Part shown: positions 1 through 13,970 of the stretch, piece after piece
Layout: every line of letters starts with the position of its first letter
Position numbering within the stretch: position 1 is the first letter of the stretch
Assembly: GCF_018350175.1 (NCBI RefSeq)
Contig: NC_058368.1
Coordinates: 68,822,001 to 68,886,000, forward strand
DNA: 64,000 nt
Direction of reading: 5' to 3'
From: Felis catus
Taxonomy: Eukaryota
Made by a program: the position numbers and the translations under genes
Notes under the pieces: generated by a model
What the model saw: only the letters and a program-made list of their open reading frames with translations
Told to the model about the DNA's origin: nothing
Databases searched by the model: none

Positions 1-2818
1 TTCAAGAATTCTATTTGTGGAGCCTTTAATTAGCATCTGAGACCAAACTGGTGATGGCTTCTTCTTGCCATCACTGTAACTTATATGACACATATTACAC
101 GGTACTGCAATGATTTGTTGGCACTATTGGGAAGCTGGCCTTGGGCCACCAGTGTAAATGCCTGGGACATAAATGGAAAGCTCACCCTGTGGTGATCCTC
201 ATTTACCTTGCCCCCTCTGAGCAAGGGACAAAGCAGCAAATGCTTTTAGAAAAACCTGAAGGGATTCCCAATACCAGAAAAGGAGGGAGAAAAATAGGTG
301 TCCTACTTATTAGTTCATTTTCCATATGGAAAAAACATCCATGGGAAGTAGAGAGCCTTTGGACATTGGTCTCCTGGGACTCAGTATAGACTGATGTTGG
401 TTGCCAAGCAACAAGAACAAGGCTCAAGGACTTTAAGTTCCCTTCTAGCTGGGAAGCATATTTGGATGGGTTCTCAAACGAGATTTCTGAAATTTATAAG
501 GGAGGCTCAACCTTGATTTAGATCACTCAGTGTTCATGAGTCCTCTAGCATGCCTAGCCCTTCAGAATCTTGATTCTTGTTGTCGACATAGCGTCTTATT
601 CAGTATTGTTTTGTGCGTGTTCCTGTTCTCTCCCTAGTTAAATTGAAAACTCTTTTGAGGGACAGAAAGGATGCCTAAATCTTCTGAGTCCTACCTCCCA
701 GCATTCAGCATATCGTCAATAAAACCATATTAATTGATTGATTATCTGATCTACCTTTCTACTTTGTTGTCAAAGACCTTCCTTTTATTCTTCTTAGTGG
801 GCCCAAATTTAGTGACACTTGTAGAAGCAAGCTTTACCTTTCAACTTTTAACTTCCATTGATTTTTCCATTGTGCGTGCCAAAGCCTTAAATTGATTCCA
901 GTTGTTTAAAAGAGATGTATATTTTTCTTCTACACATTTTAAGGGGGAAAAACTTGAATGTGTTTTCCCTAGACTAAACCAAAACCAGATAGTTTCTCCA
1001 GAAATGTATGAATAAACAACAAAGTGGTTACTTTAGCAGCTGACATGCCATTATATTGGATTTCAGAGAGGTCAGGTACTTTCATATTTCATATGACTCC
1101 AGGTGAAAGAAAAGATATTTAGCAACAGGAAAAGGAAAAGTAAATCCACAAGCTCTCTTGTTCAGATCTGTGATATAAAAACTGAACAATTTAATGTAGA
1201 AGCAATATGGCAAATTACATTAGTCAAGGAGTATATTACTTTTAAGACAAAAGAATAATCATGACATTTTTGCTGTTTAAAGACAAAACAGTTCCCCTGC
1301 CATGATCATAGAGTCATGAATGTTGGATCTGGAAAAGACCTTAGAGAGCTAAATTATTTTCCACCCAATGCCAAGATGGTGACTCCTTTAGGGCAAGGAT
1401 TGTATTTTTTGCTTCCTCTTCAAAATGTCCACAGTGCTGAGTCAAGAGATGTGCACTCAGTTCCTTTAAGTAATAATCAATGATGTGGATCATTGCTACA
1501 GAGTCACGGCTATAGGGGGGCAGAAAGAAGATTTCAGCCTCACTTTCTGGAATTGCCTTTCTCTTTGGTAACAGCCCATTTTGACCCATAGAAGAGCTAT
1601 TATAACAATAGGTATTACATCTTTGGGGTTTTCCGTATGTCACTCATCAAAATGTCATACAAAGAGCTACACTGGTGCTTTTGTTGCCGGACCAGCATTG
1701 GCCAGCTGCCATGGTGCCTGCAGGCCCCGGTTCATAGAGAACTGTGCATTGACCTGCCCATGCAAAAATTGTTGCGAGGGCCTTACCTGTATATCACCAC
1801 AGGACAGTCACTTACAATGATTCCAGATCAATACCTTTCCGAGTTGTCTAGGAAGTCCTACCAGCTGTCACTTAAGGGTAATTAACACATCTCTCTCAAT
1901 TATGCATGCTGGTAGAAGAATTTCAAACATTTGGCTGGATAACAAATTCATCCCCTCCATTAGAGAAAGGTCATTCCTCTGGCCATCTGGATATTTACTT
2001 TTCTTTAGAAATGAACTTCATGGAATTTTCTGTCAAGAGGGGAAAATGGTGAGGACAAAGGGAATCTCTTAGTAAAAATATCTGTCACCCATTCAACACT
2101 GGCCATGCCCACAAACCAACAATCTTAAATGATACATCCAATCCTTATTTACTCCACTATTAACATACATGATGCTTAATCGGCATACTACTATGACGAG
2201 AGTTGCCTCTGATGACCCTTTATGTGATATTCTTGATCTCTATAGCAGAATATCTCTTTTACTTCCCGTGTGTTCATGAAAGGCAGCAGCAACTATGTTG
2301 TATGTTTTCTAACTAAGTTAGAAAAGAAAAGGTACTGGGAGGGATGAGATGGTGGGTAAGTTCTGACTCTTACGGAGGATAGAGGCCAGCTGGAGGGGAC
2401 ACAAACTGGTTGTAATACACTGATCAATTGCTTCCCTGTCAGCCAGGTACACAAGAAAATGCCCTGTGGGAGGGGAAGACATGCCTGAGTGGGACAAGGA
2501 AGGTGTAGTGGAGGAGAGGGTGCCTGAGATGGGCCAGGAGATGAGGAGGAAGAGGGCATTTTAGGCAGAAAGGGCCTCATGAGCGTGGGGGTGGAGACAG
2601 GAAAGTGTGGGATGTTTGGAATTTGAGAGCAGTCCAGGTGGACTGCAGCATAGAAGAATATAGGGCATGTAGGGAGATAAAATAATAATGATATGTTGAA
2701 ACAGGGTTGTGGGAGAGCCTGAACACCAAAGTGAGGAATTTGGACTTAAGCTGGTAAGATAGGACAATGAAAGATTTTGAACAGGGAGATGAAAACTTAG
2801 AGAAATGACCTTCGTGAC

Positions 2819-3235
2819 TGTTAGAGGTTGAATTCCATCACCTCACCAGATTCTTATGTTGAAGTCCAAACCCTGGATATCTCAGAAAATGGCCTTATTT
2901 GGAGATAGGCCCTCACAGAGGTGATCACGTTAAAGCAAAGTCATTAGGGTGGGCCCTGATCCAGTGGGACTGGTGTTCTCCCTAAAAAGGGAAATGTGGA
3001 CACAGAGATACGGACAGAGAGAAGACAATGCAAAGAGACACAAGAAGAAGACGGCCGTCTACAAGCCAGAGACAGGCCTGGAACAGACACTTCCCCAGAG
3101 CCTTCAGAGGGAGGGTGGTCCTGCCAACACCTTGGTCTTGAACTTCAAGCCTCCCAAACTGTGGGATAACACATTCTGTTGTTAAAGCCACCCAGGCTGG
3201 GGTACTGTGTTAGGCAGCCCCAGCAGACTCATGCA
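2819..3235 (+). mobile_element. MaLR (MLT1A/B-like) solo LTR
   Basis: TG...CA termini, MLT1-type internal motifs (ccttatttggagatagg, ctgccaacaccttggtcttgaacttc), 5-bp TSD GTGAC/GCGAC (one CpG transition). Confidence 0.85.
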
Positions 3236-3632
3236 GCGACTGTCTGTGACGTGGGCTAGAGAATGTGTGCTCCAGGCATGAAAGATGTGGCCTCAGAGGA
3301 TGGTGGTGATGGGAAATCAGAGGCGAAAGAGCCATGACAGTGCCGCAGAGAGAGGCGCTTCCTGATCAGGCTGCTGGCAGAAATGTCAAGGTGTCAGGTA
3401 CAGCAAATAATGGGCTCCTGATTCTTTGTTCACCATTCAGACTAGGCATGAAAAGGCCAGGGTCCTAGTTGGTCCAGGCTCTGATCCCAAGCTGGCCCCA
3501 CCCTCTCTCTGGCCCAGTGTGCCCATCGTAGAGGGAGGGGATTGCACCAGATCATCTTAAACTCCACATCCAAGAACGTCTTGATTTTACAATGCTAATT
3601 ACATGAGTTTTATGTTAGATACGATAAATACG

Positions 3633-3690
3633 CGTGCGTGTGTGTGTGTGTGTGTGTGTGTATGAGTGTGAGTGTGTGTGAGAGAGAGTG
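3633..3690 (+). repeat. (TG)n microsatellite grading into (GA)n
   Basis: Visible dinucleotide run. Confidence 0.9.
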
Positions 3691-5127
3691 AGCTCCAACC
3701 TGTTTCTAGGAGCAATTTGAGGGAACTTTCAGAATTCAGCATCACTGTTTTTTAAAACGGACAACAAAGTAGAAAATCAATCCGAAGGAAATGAGAAACT
3801 TATTACGGTCATCTAAGGTGAACTCACTACAGTATTGTATTTGAACTTTAACTCTGAGTTTCCTGGCAGTGAAGGCAAAGAAAAAGCATGTGCTCATTGT
3901 CTGATAAAAATCCATGTAATTTGATTAGTTCTTGAGAAAAACATCTAGATATGCTGAGTGCTCAGATAAGATTACATTTAAAAATACACCGATTCAAGAT
4001 ACATTAAGCATCACGGAAAAAAAAAAATCTATACTTCTTAATCCAATAATTCCACTTACACTGAGGAAATAAAAGGAGGGAGGGGCCATGTGGGAGAAAA
4101 CGCTTGTCACAAAATTATTTGTGAATGTGTAAAACTGTAAAACACCAAAACGGGAGAAATAGTTTAACTTAATTGTGATGCATCCAAGCAGGCGGTATAA
4201 TATAGGCATCGTAAACAAGACTCCCCAGCTGTTGAGTGGAACTGGCTGATGATAGCCTCCATGAGAATAATCAAGAGATAAAATGATTTCTTCACCAAGA
4301 TTATAACTACATAAAGATATGGAAAACATCAAAGGGAGTCCTCAAACACAGCAATAATACTAACTCTGAAGAGTGATCACCCCTTCATATATCCCAAATT
4401 TTTAATAATGTTTACAATTGAAAAGAACGAGCCACTCACATATGTTGTGCTTTATGGGATTACATTTGTTGTTGTTGCTCAGCTAAAAGGAAAGGAAAAG
4501 ATTTCAAAAACGCGAACACAACAAACTGAAATTGTATTATTTGGAAAAAGTTGTTAATTTCTTGAACTAGCTTTTGGTTTTCAGAAACGATTTTTTTTAA
4601 AACGTGAGTGGGCCCTGACAGTCATGCAGAAGCCTTCCTTGTTTGCTTCCAGGTGACTGCAGCCGGCTGAACGAAGCTCATGTCCCCTAGTCAGGGGCTG
4701 GTGATGGGTTAGGTCTATTGGTCATCTGTGCGCGGCACCCTCCAGGCCTCCACCCCTTGGTTAAATCACTTCTAGTGACCCAGCCGCCATTATTCCTCCT
4801 TCTGCTTAGCCTGCTCCATTGCTCATGACAGATACCAATCCTCTGTACCCCTCCTCTCCCTCTTGTTATTTCTTTGAAGAAAGGGAAAGAGCTTCTACCC
4901 CTGGTATTCGTCTGACTGAAACCAACTAATTATGACCAAGGACTATTTCTTCACGTTGAGTTGAAACATTGAAAATGTTTTAATTTTCAAATCCCCGTGG
5001 CGTGTGAGAACAGTCTAGAAATGAGCCAGCCTAGGCGATAACTTGGGAATGTTGGTTAGAAGAAGAGTATAGGTGCATGTATCACAGACCCGCCAGGCCT
5101 CTGGCAAAGCGCCTTCAAACGCACAAA

Positions 5128-5240
5128 AAGCAATCGATGTAATAAACCACATGAATAGAATGAAGGAGGGGGGATCTACATTATTTCAATTGATGCAGAA
5201 AAAGCACTTGAAAAAATCCAGCACCTCTCGTGATAAAAAG
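5128..5240 (+). mobile_element. Short internal L1 ORF2 (reverse transcriptase) fragment
   Basis: Translates ISIDAEKALEKIQH, matching the L1 RT motif ISIDAEKAFDKIQH. Confidence 0.75.
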
Positions 5241-6799
5241 AGGTAAGCTCCTCTTCTGTGAGTAGTATTTTTCCCTCCTCACCTCTCTTTTCTAGATTCT
5301 TTTCCCAATTTCATGTTTTTTTTTCCACAATGTCTATTATTCTCCTTTACCTGAGCAAAGTGATTATGAAATTACTTCACACTGAAGTTTTAATAGTTTC
5401 AGTGTCATTTTCATTAAAAGGCCTGGACCAAAAAGAGTGGGAGATATCCCCAGAAATGAGTCTATCATGGTGAGGCCCAGACCCAGGAAAGCAGAATGTT
5501 GCTTCTTTCCATTGTCTTACTAACTCCTCGTTTACTCCAGCAACAGCCACTGAGTTTAGAATTGAAATGTCGGTAGCCCCAACTTACATTCATTTATTAT
5601 TTATCACTTATGATGTACACATTTTTGAAGAATTCAAATTCCTTTTCTAACACTGAACATTTTTCCCAGAGCCCCTATACTCCCAATTATGTTTTTATTA
5701 TCTGTATGTTGAGAACACACCTTACGAAGGTTGCTGTGAATTCAACGAACTATTGTGTGTTTGAATCTTCATTTTATTCCCAACAATAGCATTTTATAAC
5801 CTCCGAGGCTGTTAATACATAGTATTCGCAGGACACTCTTTATTCACTCTCCAGCAGTGTTTGGTGATACATGCATCCATGTTCCCCTGACAAAAACTCC
5901 CCTCCACTGATCATTTCAAAGTCAAGTGAGTTCCAAAAAATTCTTAGAAGGAATTGCATGTACCTATATTGAAAGGAAGTCAATGACCCACTACCTCAGG
6001 ACTATGAACTTGAAAATGGAGGCTCTCAGTGGTACACCTTAAGTTCTAAAGGTCTAATGTCTCTCAGCATCCTAACATTTGCCAGGGTAAAGGTAGGTCC
6101 AACGTGTTCACTTTAAATCCTGAAAATGGAAACTGAGCTGTCAAGTTGATTATTCTGAGGCAAATTTTCGGTGCTTTTCTCTGCTTTTTCCTTCTTTTCC
6201 ACACATCCAGCTCCATGCCTGCCCTCTCACCACACCGTGTCAGGCCCCTGCACAAACGGAGAAACCCATGTTCTAAATAGTCAATGTTCTCTTTGTGGGA
6301 TACTCATCAAATTCCAAAAGAGAAGGATCTTCTTGAACAGAAGGAAAAACTGGGGGCAATGAGGTTTGAAGATTCTTTTACATTGTAAGGTGTAAATGGG
6401 GTTGGCAGAGTTTGACCGGGACTTTTCCGTGCTCTGTTGAAAAGATCTTTTCTCCTCTTGGCTGTTGTTAGAGGAGTGCCTGCAGCCTGTTGCTTAAGCA
6501 GCCCTTGATGGATGGTGCCGATGGCCTGATCGGCTGTTTGGGTCTTAAGGCCCAGGTGGAGGCTGCAGAAGAGCCACCCACGTCCTTTCAAGGAGGAGAG
6601 CGGGAAGGGTCTGGGGGCTGGCCGGGCGTATGGTGGCCCCCGTTTCTGGTATTTAAGCTCTTCGTGCTCTCCTGGCCTCCAGCCTGCTGCCTGATCACAA
6701 GAGCAGTGCTAAATGGAGATCTGTATGAGATCAGCAATATTTAGTGATTGGGAGGCTGACATAATGCACTTTCTCATAATTTATTAAAGTTGCAATACA

Positions 6800-7405
6800 T
6801 TTGAAAAATCTGTGAAGAACATGGAAACCTCGGGATAATATCGTCCAGTGCATTAACCCTCCATTGATTTTGCATCTCAATCAGAGTAAAAGCCAAAGTA
6901 CTTCTGATGACCCGTGAGGTTCTCCCCCCAATCCCCCACCCCCCGCCCTGTCTGCACCTCCCTCCCCTCACCTCTCCAGTCTTGGTTACCACTCTTGCCC
7001 TTGCTCTGCTCCAGCCACACTGTCCTGGTTGCCATTCTAGAATACTCTAGGCAAAGTCCCGCCTCAGGATCATTGTACTTCCTGTCTCCTCTTACCAGGC
7101 TTATTCCCTTACCTAAAAAGTCCTCCTCGAGACCTCCTTCAGACAGCCTAACAAAAACTGCAAAGTTACCCACCCACCCACTTCCTCTCCCCCTTAGATA
7201 TATATTTTTCCCTAGCACTTATCAGCATCATACCCACTCTGTAATTCACTTGCTGACTTTGTTCAAGGTCTGTCCTGCCCCATTAAAATGGAAGCTCCCT
7301 GAGTTTAAGGACTTTTGCTTCTTTTGCTCATCACTCTTTCTCAAATGCTGAGAGGCTTGCCTGCTACAAAGAAAGTTTGAAATATGCACTGAGTGAATGA
7401 ATGAC
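6800..7405 (+). mobile_element. L2 LINE 3' fragment
   Basis: L2-like motifs (cagagtaaaagccaaag, ctctgctccagccacactg, gaagctccctgag) ending in tgagtgaatgaatga; boundaries approximate. Confidence 0.7.
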
Positions 7406-8744
7406 TGGAGATGGTAGTCCGGGGACATAACGATTGGAAGCATCTTGCTATGACAGCTCTCCTCTACTGAGAAAATCAGCAGCTTAGGCACCGAGGTCAA
7501 CAACACTAGGTCTGGAGGCTTCCAAGTGGAGGGGGGGAGGCCAGGGGACAAGGTGCAAGAAGCTTTGCCCTTGGCTCTCAAGAGACTTGTTAGAATCCTA
7601 ACTCTACCTCCCACTAGCTCTGTGACCACTGACAAGCTGTTTGACATAGGTGACTGGTTTCTCTCAATTTAATCAGTATGTGAAAGAAAGATGATGATAC
7701 AAAAGTCCAGGGTTGTTGTGAGAATCAGGGCCAATGTCCATAAAACAGCAGGTGTATAGCAAGCCTTCATGAAAGTGAAAGCTATTCTCATACATGTTCA
7801 TCATTTGTATTAATTTGTAGCTGTTTGCATTATTGGTAAAAGTAGAAATTCACATGCTTGTTGGCGTTTTCATTTTAGGGAATACATTGAGTCTATTTTA
7901 AAACTCCTTGCAATAGTATTTTTGTCCTTATGGGAAAAAAAAAAGTCTCCTATATACACTTGTATTTCATTCCAGTGTGGATTGGTACTACTTAAGGATC
8001 CTTAAATAGGAAGAAATGGTCCCTTAAGCAGTGAAGATCATCTTCCAGTTATATCAGTTCCCCCACCTCCAAATGTCATCTCACAAGGTTTACGAGGGTC
8101 TGGCCTTGCAAAATCCGTGTGTTCCAAAGATTCATTTGTTAAACAAACATTGATGGCATACACGTTCTCCACCAGGCACTGTGCTCTCCGTGACTGACTT
8201 TTCTGAGGCAAGTGGGAGAGCTTCCCCTCAGGAACAACTAGCAATAAAGCCCTGAGACTGAGTCCTAATGATAAGAGCAGGCATTGGGTGTTAGGTGCTG
8301 CCCAAGAAGTGCAGATTGTTCCAGAAGTGCAGGGAAGGCAAAAATACATTCTCAAGGGTGGCTGGGGAGAGGTTGGAAAATGGTTCACATGGAGGAAGGC
8401 CGGTTAGACTGGGCCTTGGAAGGGAAGTAGAATGGACAGTCTGACATGGGGAAGGAGACTTAGGAATGGAAACAGCTTGAACATGGCCATAGAGGTGGCA
8501 GGAGGTCATCAGGCCTTGGGTTTCCCAGCTTCAACTGGGGTTGGGTCTAGGATGTGTGGATCTAGCAGATGTGAGCCTGGAAAGGAAGCTTGCTGTCTGA
8601 CAGTGTGGAGGCCTTGACCACAGATAAGGACATCTGGACATGATTCAGGAAGGAATGGAGTTTCTGTGAGGTTCTGAGGGGGAGGAAAATGCGCCCAGGG
8701 TCATAAGTCAGGAGGTTCATTCATGGCGGTCAGTACCTTTCACA

Positions 8745-9690
8745 TGCCCTGGCCTTCCAAATGTGCATCTCCAGACCACACCTCTCTCTTGAACTTGAGA
8801 TTCCTGCTTGCTTGAAACCCCCAACTTCAGTAAGCTACAGGCATCCCAACCTCAACATCTCCAAAACACGACTCCTGCAGTTTCTCCAAACCTGCTTGAA
8901 CAATGCCTTCTGCATCTCAGTCGATGTCAGTTCTACCCTTCCAAGTGGCTCAGGACCAAACCCTCACTGTCCTCTCACTGATCTCTTTCACGCTCCGTAT
9001 CTAGCGTGTTGGGAAATCCTGTTGGGTCTTCCTTCGAGACATCACCAAAACCCACCACTTCTCACACCACTGCCACCAGCCTGGTCTAGACCATCATGGA
9101 CCCTCTCCAGGATGACTGCCACAGCATAGCTGGTCCCCGTGACTACTCTGGCTCCCCTGTCTATTCCCAAAAATGTCACTTAGATCATGTCACTCCTCTG
9201 CTCAAAATCTCCATCCCTTCAAAGTCAGCAAAGTCTTTCCAGTGGCCTACAAGGCCCTCCGTGACCAAACCTCTGTTACTTCTCTGACGTCTTTTTTGGC
9301 TGTGCCCTGGTTCAGCGTACTCCAGGTACTGGTACAGTTCCAGGTTCCCTGGCCATAGACATGCCAAACATGCTTCCTCCTTGGGGCATTGGTATTGGTT
9401 GTTCTCTGCCCAGAACGTGCCTCTCCCAGACACAGGCCATGCCCAGCTGTCCACTCCCTTTGGGTATTTGCTGCCAAATTACTTCCTCATTTAAAAAGAC
9501 TACTGAATTTAAAAAAGGCTTCCCACCCCACTACAGCATGCCCACCGCTGACCTCACTTCCCCACCCCCCCAACCTCAGAACTTGGCATAGTCTACTCTA
9601 TAATGTACTTACTTCTAATACTCACTGCTTATTGCCTGTCTGTCCCAAATAGAAGCCAAGTTCCATGAAGACGGGGGTATTTGTGAGTTT
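8745..9690 (+). mobile_element. L2 LINE fragment
   Basis: ctccagaccacacctctctcttgaact, gatcatgtcactcctctgctcaaaa, aagttccatgaag; boundaries approximate. Confidence 0.7.
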
Positions 9691-10177
9691 TGGGTGAAAG
9701 AGCGCTGCTGGAGGGGAGGTGGATGAGGGTCTGTTGTCAGCATCGGGCCACATTCAATGGGTTGCACCAGTCTGAAGGTGACAGTGGGAATGAAAAGTGA
9801 GCCATGATGCAGGAGACCTAGTGGCCATGTATCCAGGGCCAGATAACCCCATGAGGGAGACGTGGGGCTTTGTAGTAGATGAAGCACCAGTCACAGGATC
9901 CATGCCACACGGTCCTGTAAAATTCACTGTGTTCTAGAGCCAGAAACTGTCCTTATTTATTGATCACGGAAGCAACTAGGTGAAACTGAGTAGATGAAAA
10001 TGAAGAAAATACTGGCCCTATAAAAACAGCTCTGTGCCCTGTACTGGCAGAAGTATCATACTGGGGTCATCCAAGGGAGGTAGAAACTTCCTGGGGAAAC
10101 TGCCCTCCCCTGGGGCTTTCCGCCTTTGCTATAAGCAAAGCAGAGATATGTGCCTAAAACATACGTACATAATTCTT

Positions 10178-10366
10178 TTTTTTAAGTTTATTTATTTATT
10201 TTGAGAGAGACCACCAGCAGGGCATGGGCAGAGAGAGAGAATCCCAAGCAGGAACTGAGCTGTAGGCAGGAGTCCATGCAGGACTCGAAGTCATGAACCA
10301 GGAGATCATGAACTGAGCCGAAATAAAGAGTCGGATGCCCAACCAACTGAGCCACCCAGGTGCCCT
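10178..10366 (-). mobile_element. Can-SINE (SINEC)
   Basis: Poly-T/ttta tail, (ga)n tract, ends gagccacccaggtgccc; flanking direct repeat CATAATTCTT at 10168-10177 and 10371-10380. Confidence 0.92.
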
Positions 10367-10864
10367 CTTCCATAATTCTTAAACTATAGCTTGATACATG
10401 TATAATCCATTTATCTCCCTGAAATCCAAGGGCCTCACCTACTGATTTTGAAAGCTTGCAATCTCCTCCTAACAGGATAGCTCCTGGGGCTGGGAGTGGT
10501 CATCATGCTGTTCTAATACATGGAGAGGTGCTGAGAGTGGCCTACTTTGGTTATTCCCTTCAATTATTAGTTTGATGTATTAAAATTCAACCATATTTAT
10601 AAAATGTACTCAGTCACTTTAATTGGATTTGTGAGAATGTATGATTTATGAAACATTACATAGATCCTTCCGGCTAATACTGGGCTTAACTATTACTTAT
10701 TACTGTGATTTCTTTCCTTTCTTCGCTTCATATGTATATGCATCGCAAATCTCTGTGTCTAGAGTTTCTCTAAGATAGGAACAATTCATTTTTCATCTTT
10801 GTATTCACTTGGGCCTAGCATCATCATACCAGGCATATGGTAGAAATCAATAATTTATATTCCT

Positions 10865-11335
10865 AGGGCGTGGCAGCTTTGGCATCAGGCTAAGTAGATT
10901 CAAATCTTGGATCTTCCCCAGCTGTGTGACCTGGGGCAAGTAACTTAACCTTTCTGAGCCTTAGTTTCCGCACTTGCAAAATGGGGATAAAAATGAGACC
11001 TACTGCAGAGGCTTACTATGAGCATGAACAAGATCATTCATACAGAGCGCTTAACACCATTCTTGGCATGTCATAAGCATCCACTAGACATAATTTTCAT
11101 GATTATACGAACATGTGAGATTAGCGCAGTGATTGAGAGCAGTGACTCAAGGGTCACACTGCCTGGGTTGAACTCCTGGTTCTATCTCATGCTACTTAGA
11201 TGGCCTATGACAAGGTCATTAATCTCCCCAGGACTCAGTTCTCCCATCTGTCACAAGGAGGTATTACCAGTACTTCCGTGTCTCATAGATCTGTCTGAGA
11301 CAATGCGTGTGAGCACTTAGCACAGTGCCTAGCAT
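10865..11335 (+). mobile_element. Two adjacent MIR SINEs
   Basis: MIR core gctgtgtgacctggggcaagtaacttaacctttctgagccttagtttcc...aaaatggggataa; second core ctcagttctcccatctgt...gagcacttagcacagtgcct. Confidence 0.75.
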
Positions 11336-12951
11336 GGATATAATAACTTTATTATGTACATTTATATTATGATAACTATTATAGTAATAATAATGATAAT
11401 AATAGTATACATCTACATTCACTAAATGTTTCCAAGTATTATTATCATGAAAGTATTTATCTTTTTTTAAAAAAAAACATTAGGCTCTCAAATAATAAAT
11501 TGATTCAGTTTATACATAAATCTGACCAGCAGTTTCTGGACTATCAGAAGCTTAAGTATCCAACCAGTAGCAAAAGATGGGGAACATTTGGGGTTTGCTG
11601 AGAGAAAATACGTCTTCCATAAACTGGGTATGGGGGAGGACCCAGGAGGGAAAGGGAGTAATGTCATATCTCAATGTTTGGCTAGATCTGACAGGAAGGG
11701 ACCCCAGGCTCTGAAGACAGTTCTGCCCATTGGATCGAAGAGATGCTTCCCATGAACCCAAGAGTTCTGTCTCAAAGATTCTACCCTCCTCCGTACATTT
11801 TGGAGAAACATTGAGCAGCAGGGAGCTTGAGAAAAATTAGCAGGGTGTCTGTCTACTGAGGCTGGGTTACAGTGAGGGTAAATCAGGAAAATGATCTTTG
11901 GTGGGTCTGTGGATGGGGAGCCACTGTCCCTAGTGGACCACAGGCCCCAAACTGGGAGCAGAGTTTTCCAGATGCAGAGGCCAAGCAAAGCTCCGATCAG
12001 GGAAGGAGCCTGAATGGAGGCAGGTTCTCAGGCCTGGAACCGGGAGGTGAAGGGAGAAAGCCTGTGTTATCCTATCTAGCATGAGAGAGCGAGGTCGCCC
12101 AGTGAGTGAACAAGGTCGAGAGGAAGGCAGAAAGTTGGAGCTTGGGCCACAACAGCCATGCAGCCATCAAAACTGGGGAGGCTGAGTCGTGACCAGCCAG
12201 GGCAAAGACCTAGTCTCAGTTCAGGATTTGTCTTAGGAACCTGGGAAAGAATGAACAGGTCAGGAGCTCAGAAGGGCGGGAATAACAGGAAACCTGAGCT
12301 GAACACAGCAGGCCTCTCCTCTGTACCCTCTTCTCAACCATCTATCCTCCGTGCATCAAACTGCCTGCGAAGGTGGCCTCACCTCCTGAGACCACAGAAA
12401 TGCATATCGACCTTTGTAAAAGCAACTTCAAAATGCCGGCCAAATTTACACATTTTCTTTGACTTCCCTCCTGCTTCACTGAATGACTCTCCCCCCACCA
12501 CCCCCACTCCATGCAATTTTAATATCAAGGACAATTTTTATCAAGTCTTTCTCTGTAATCAGGATATAAAAATTATCCCAACATTTCTCTTTGAAAATGG
12601 ATCTTCAGAGACTCAGTAGGCCTTTATGCATTACTAATGAGTTCTTTAGTGAAACATTTTGTCTTTTACTAAAATAAATCTCTCCTATTAAATCTTCCAT
12701 GTGAAAAATCTGATAGCATTTAAGCTGGCTAGGTTGACTTGTAGAAAATCATTGTGCTTGGGAAGGATTTAGGAGTTGTTACAGTTCATTTTTGATCAGG
12801 CAAGAAGATCTTGTTAGCCGAGTTCATGAAAAAAAGTTAGAAGACACATTTACAGACCCGAATCTTTGTGTTAGGAGATAGCAGGGTGTTTTGCTGGTAA
12901 AGGCTCAGGTCTCATGACACACTACATAATCTAGCATTTCTTAGGGGTGAC

Positions 12952-13407
12952 CGTATTAGTTTGCTCAGACCGCTCAACCAAGTACCCCAAATAGGTGGCT
13001 TAGAATAACAGAGATGTATTCTGTCACAGTTTTGGAGGCTACAAGTCTGAAATCGAGGAGCATGTCCTTGATGCGTGGCAGGGCCATGCTTCCTCTGAAG
13101 AACTAGGGAAGGATCTCTTCCAGGTCTCTCTCCCAGCTTCTGGTCATTTCAGATGCTCCTTGGCTTAGAGATGGCCGACTTCTCCCTGTGTCTGCATCAT
13201 CTTCCCCCTGTGCATGTGTCTCTCTGTGTCTGAATTTCTCCTTCTCATAAGGATGCTAGTCTAAGTGGGGTACGGCCCACCCTGATGACCTCATCGTAAC
13301 CTAATTACCTCTGTAAAGACCCTATCTCCAAATAAAGTCACATTCTAGGTACAGGGGCTTAAGACATCAATGTACCCTTCTGGGATGACACAATGTACCC
13401 TGTAACA
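12952..13407 (-). mobile_element. MaLR (MLT1-like) solo LTR
   Basis: Starts cgtattagtttgc, ends ccctgtaaca; MLT1 antisense motifs (cacagttttggaggctacaagtctgaaatc, ccctatctccaaataaagtcacattct); TSD GTGAC/TTGAC. Confidence 0.85.
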
Positions 13408-13759
13408 TTGACCATCCAGTGTCACCTCCCTAATGTCCATTGCCACACGAGGCTGCTAATTCTGTCCTAAACACAGCTCTCGTATGTTGGGCCAAAAAAC
13501 TGTTAACCGTAGTTCTTCCACTGACCTCCAGGGACAGTGGAGAGGGCACACTTTTTAGTAACTTGGGACCAGAATTTAGTCCTGGCTGACTCTGACCCGG
13601 CGTTGGATAGTACCTTCAAACCTCCTTTATTTTCCTTACCTTTAAATTAGGGGGCCAGATCACAAGAATGTTATGAAGCTGTAAGAAGCTACTGGGTCTC
13701 AAGAATGCTTTTGAAGGTGTGATACAAATGTTTCTATTGGACTTCAAGTTTCCTAATAG

Positions 13760-13970
13760 TGGCTCTGCAGAGAGCGGCCTTGGTCGCCCAGCTCTGCCAT
13801 TACTCCCTGTGTGACCTTGGGAAGTTATTTACCCCTCTGGGCCTCCGTTTCATCCCAGAAGATGAGAACATGAACAGCACCTCTGTTCAGATCTTGTATT
13901 GAAGATTAGAATGTAATCTACGAAAAGCTGCCTGGTGCATGATACGCGCGCACGCTGTTATATAAGCCTC
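13760..13970 (+). mobile_element. MIR SINE
   Basis: cagctctgccattactccctgtgtgaccttgggaagttatttacccctctgggcctccgtttc. Confidence 0.75.
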
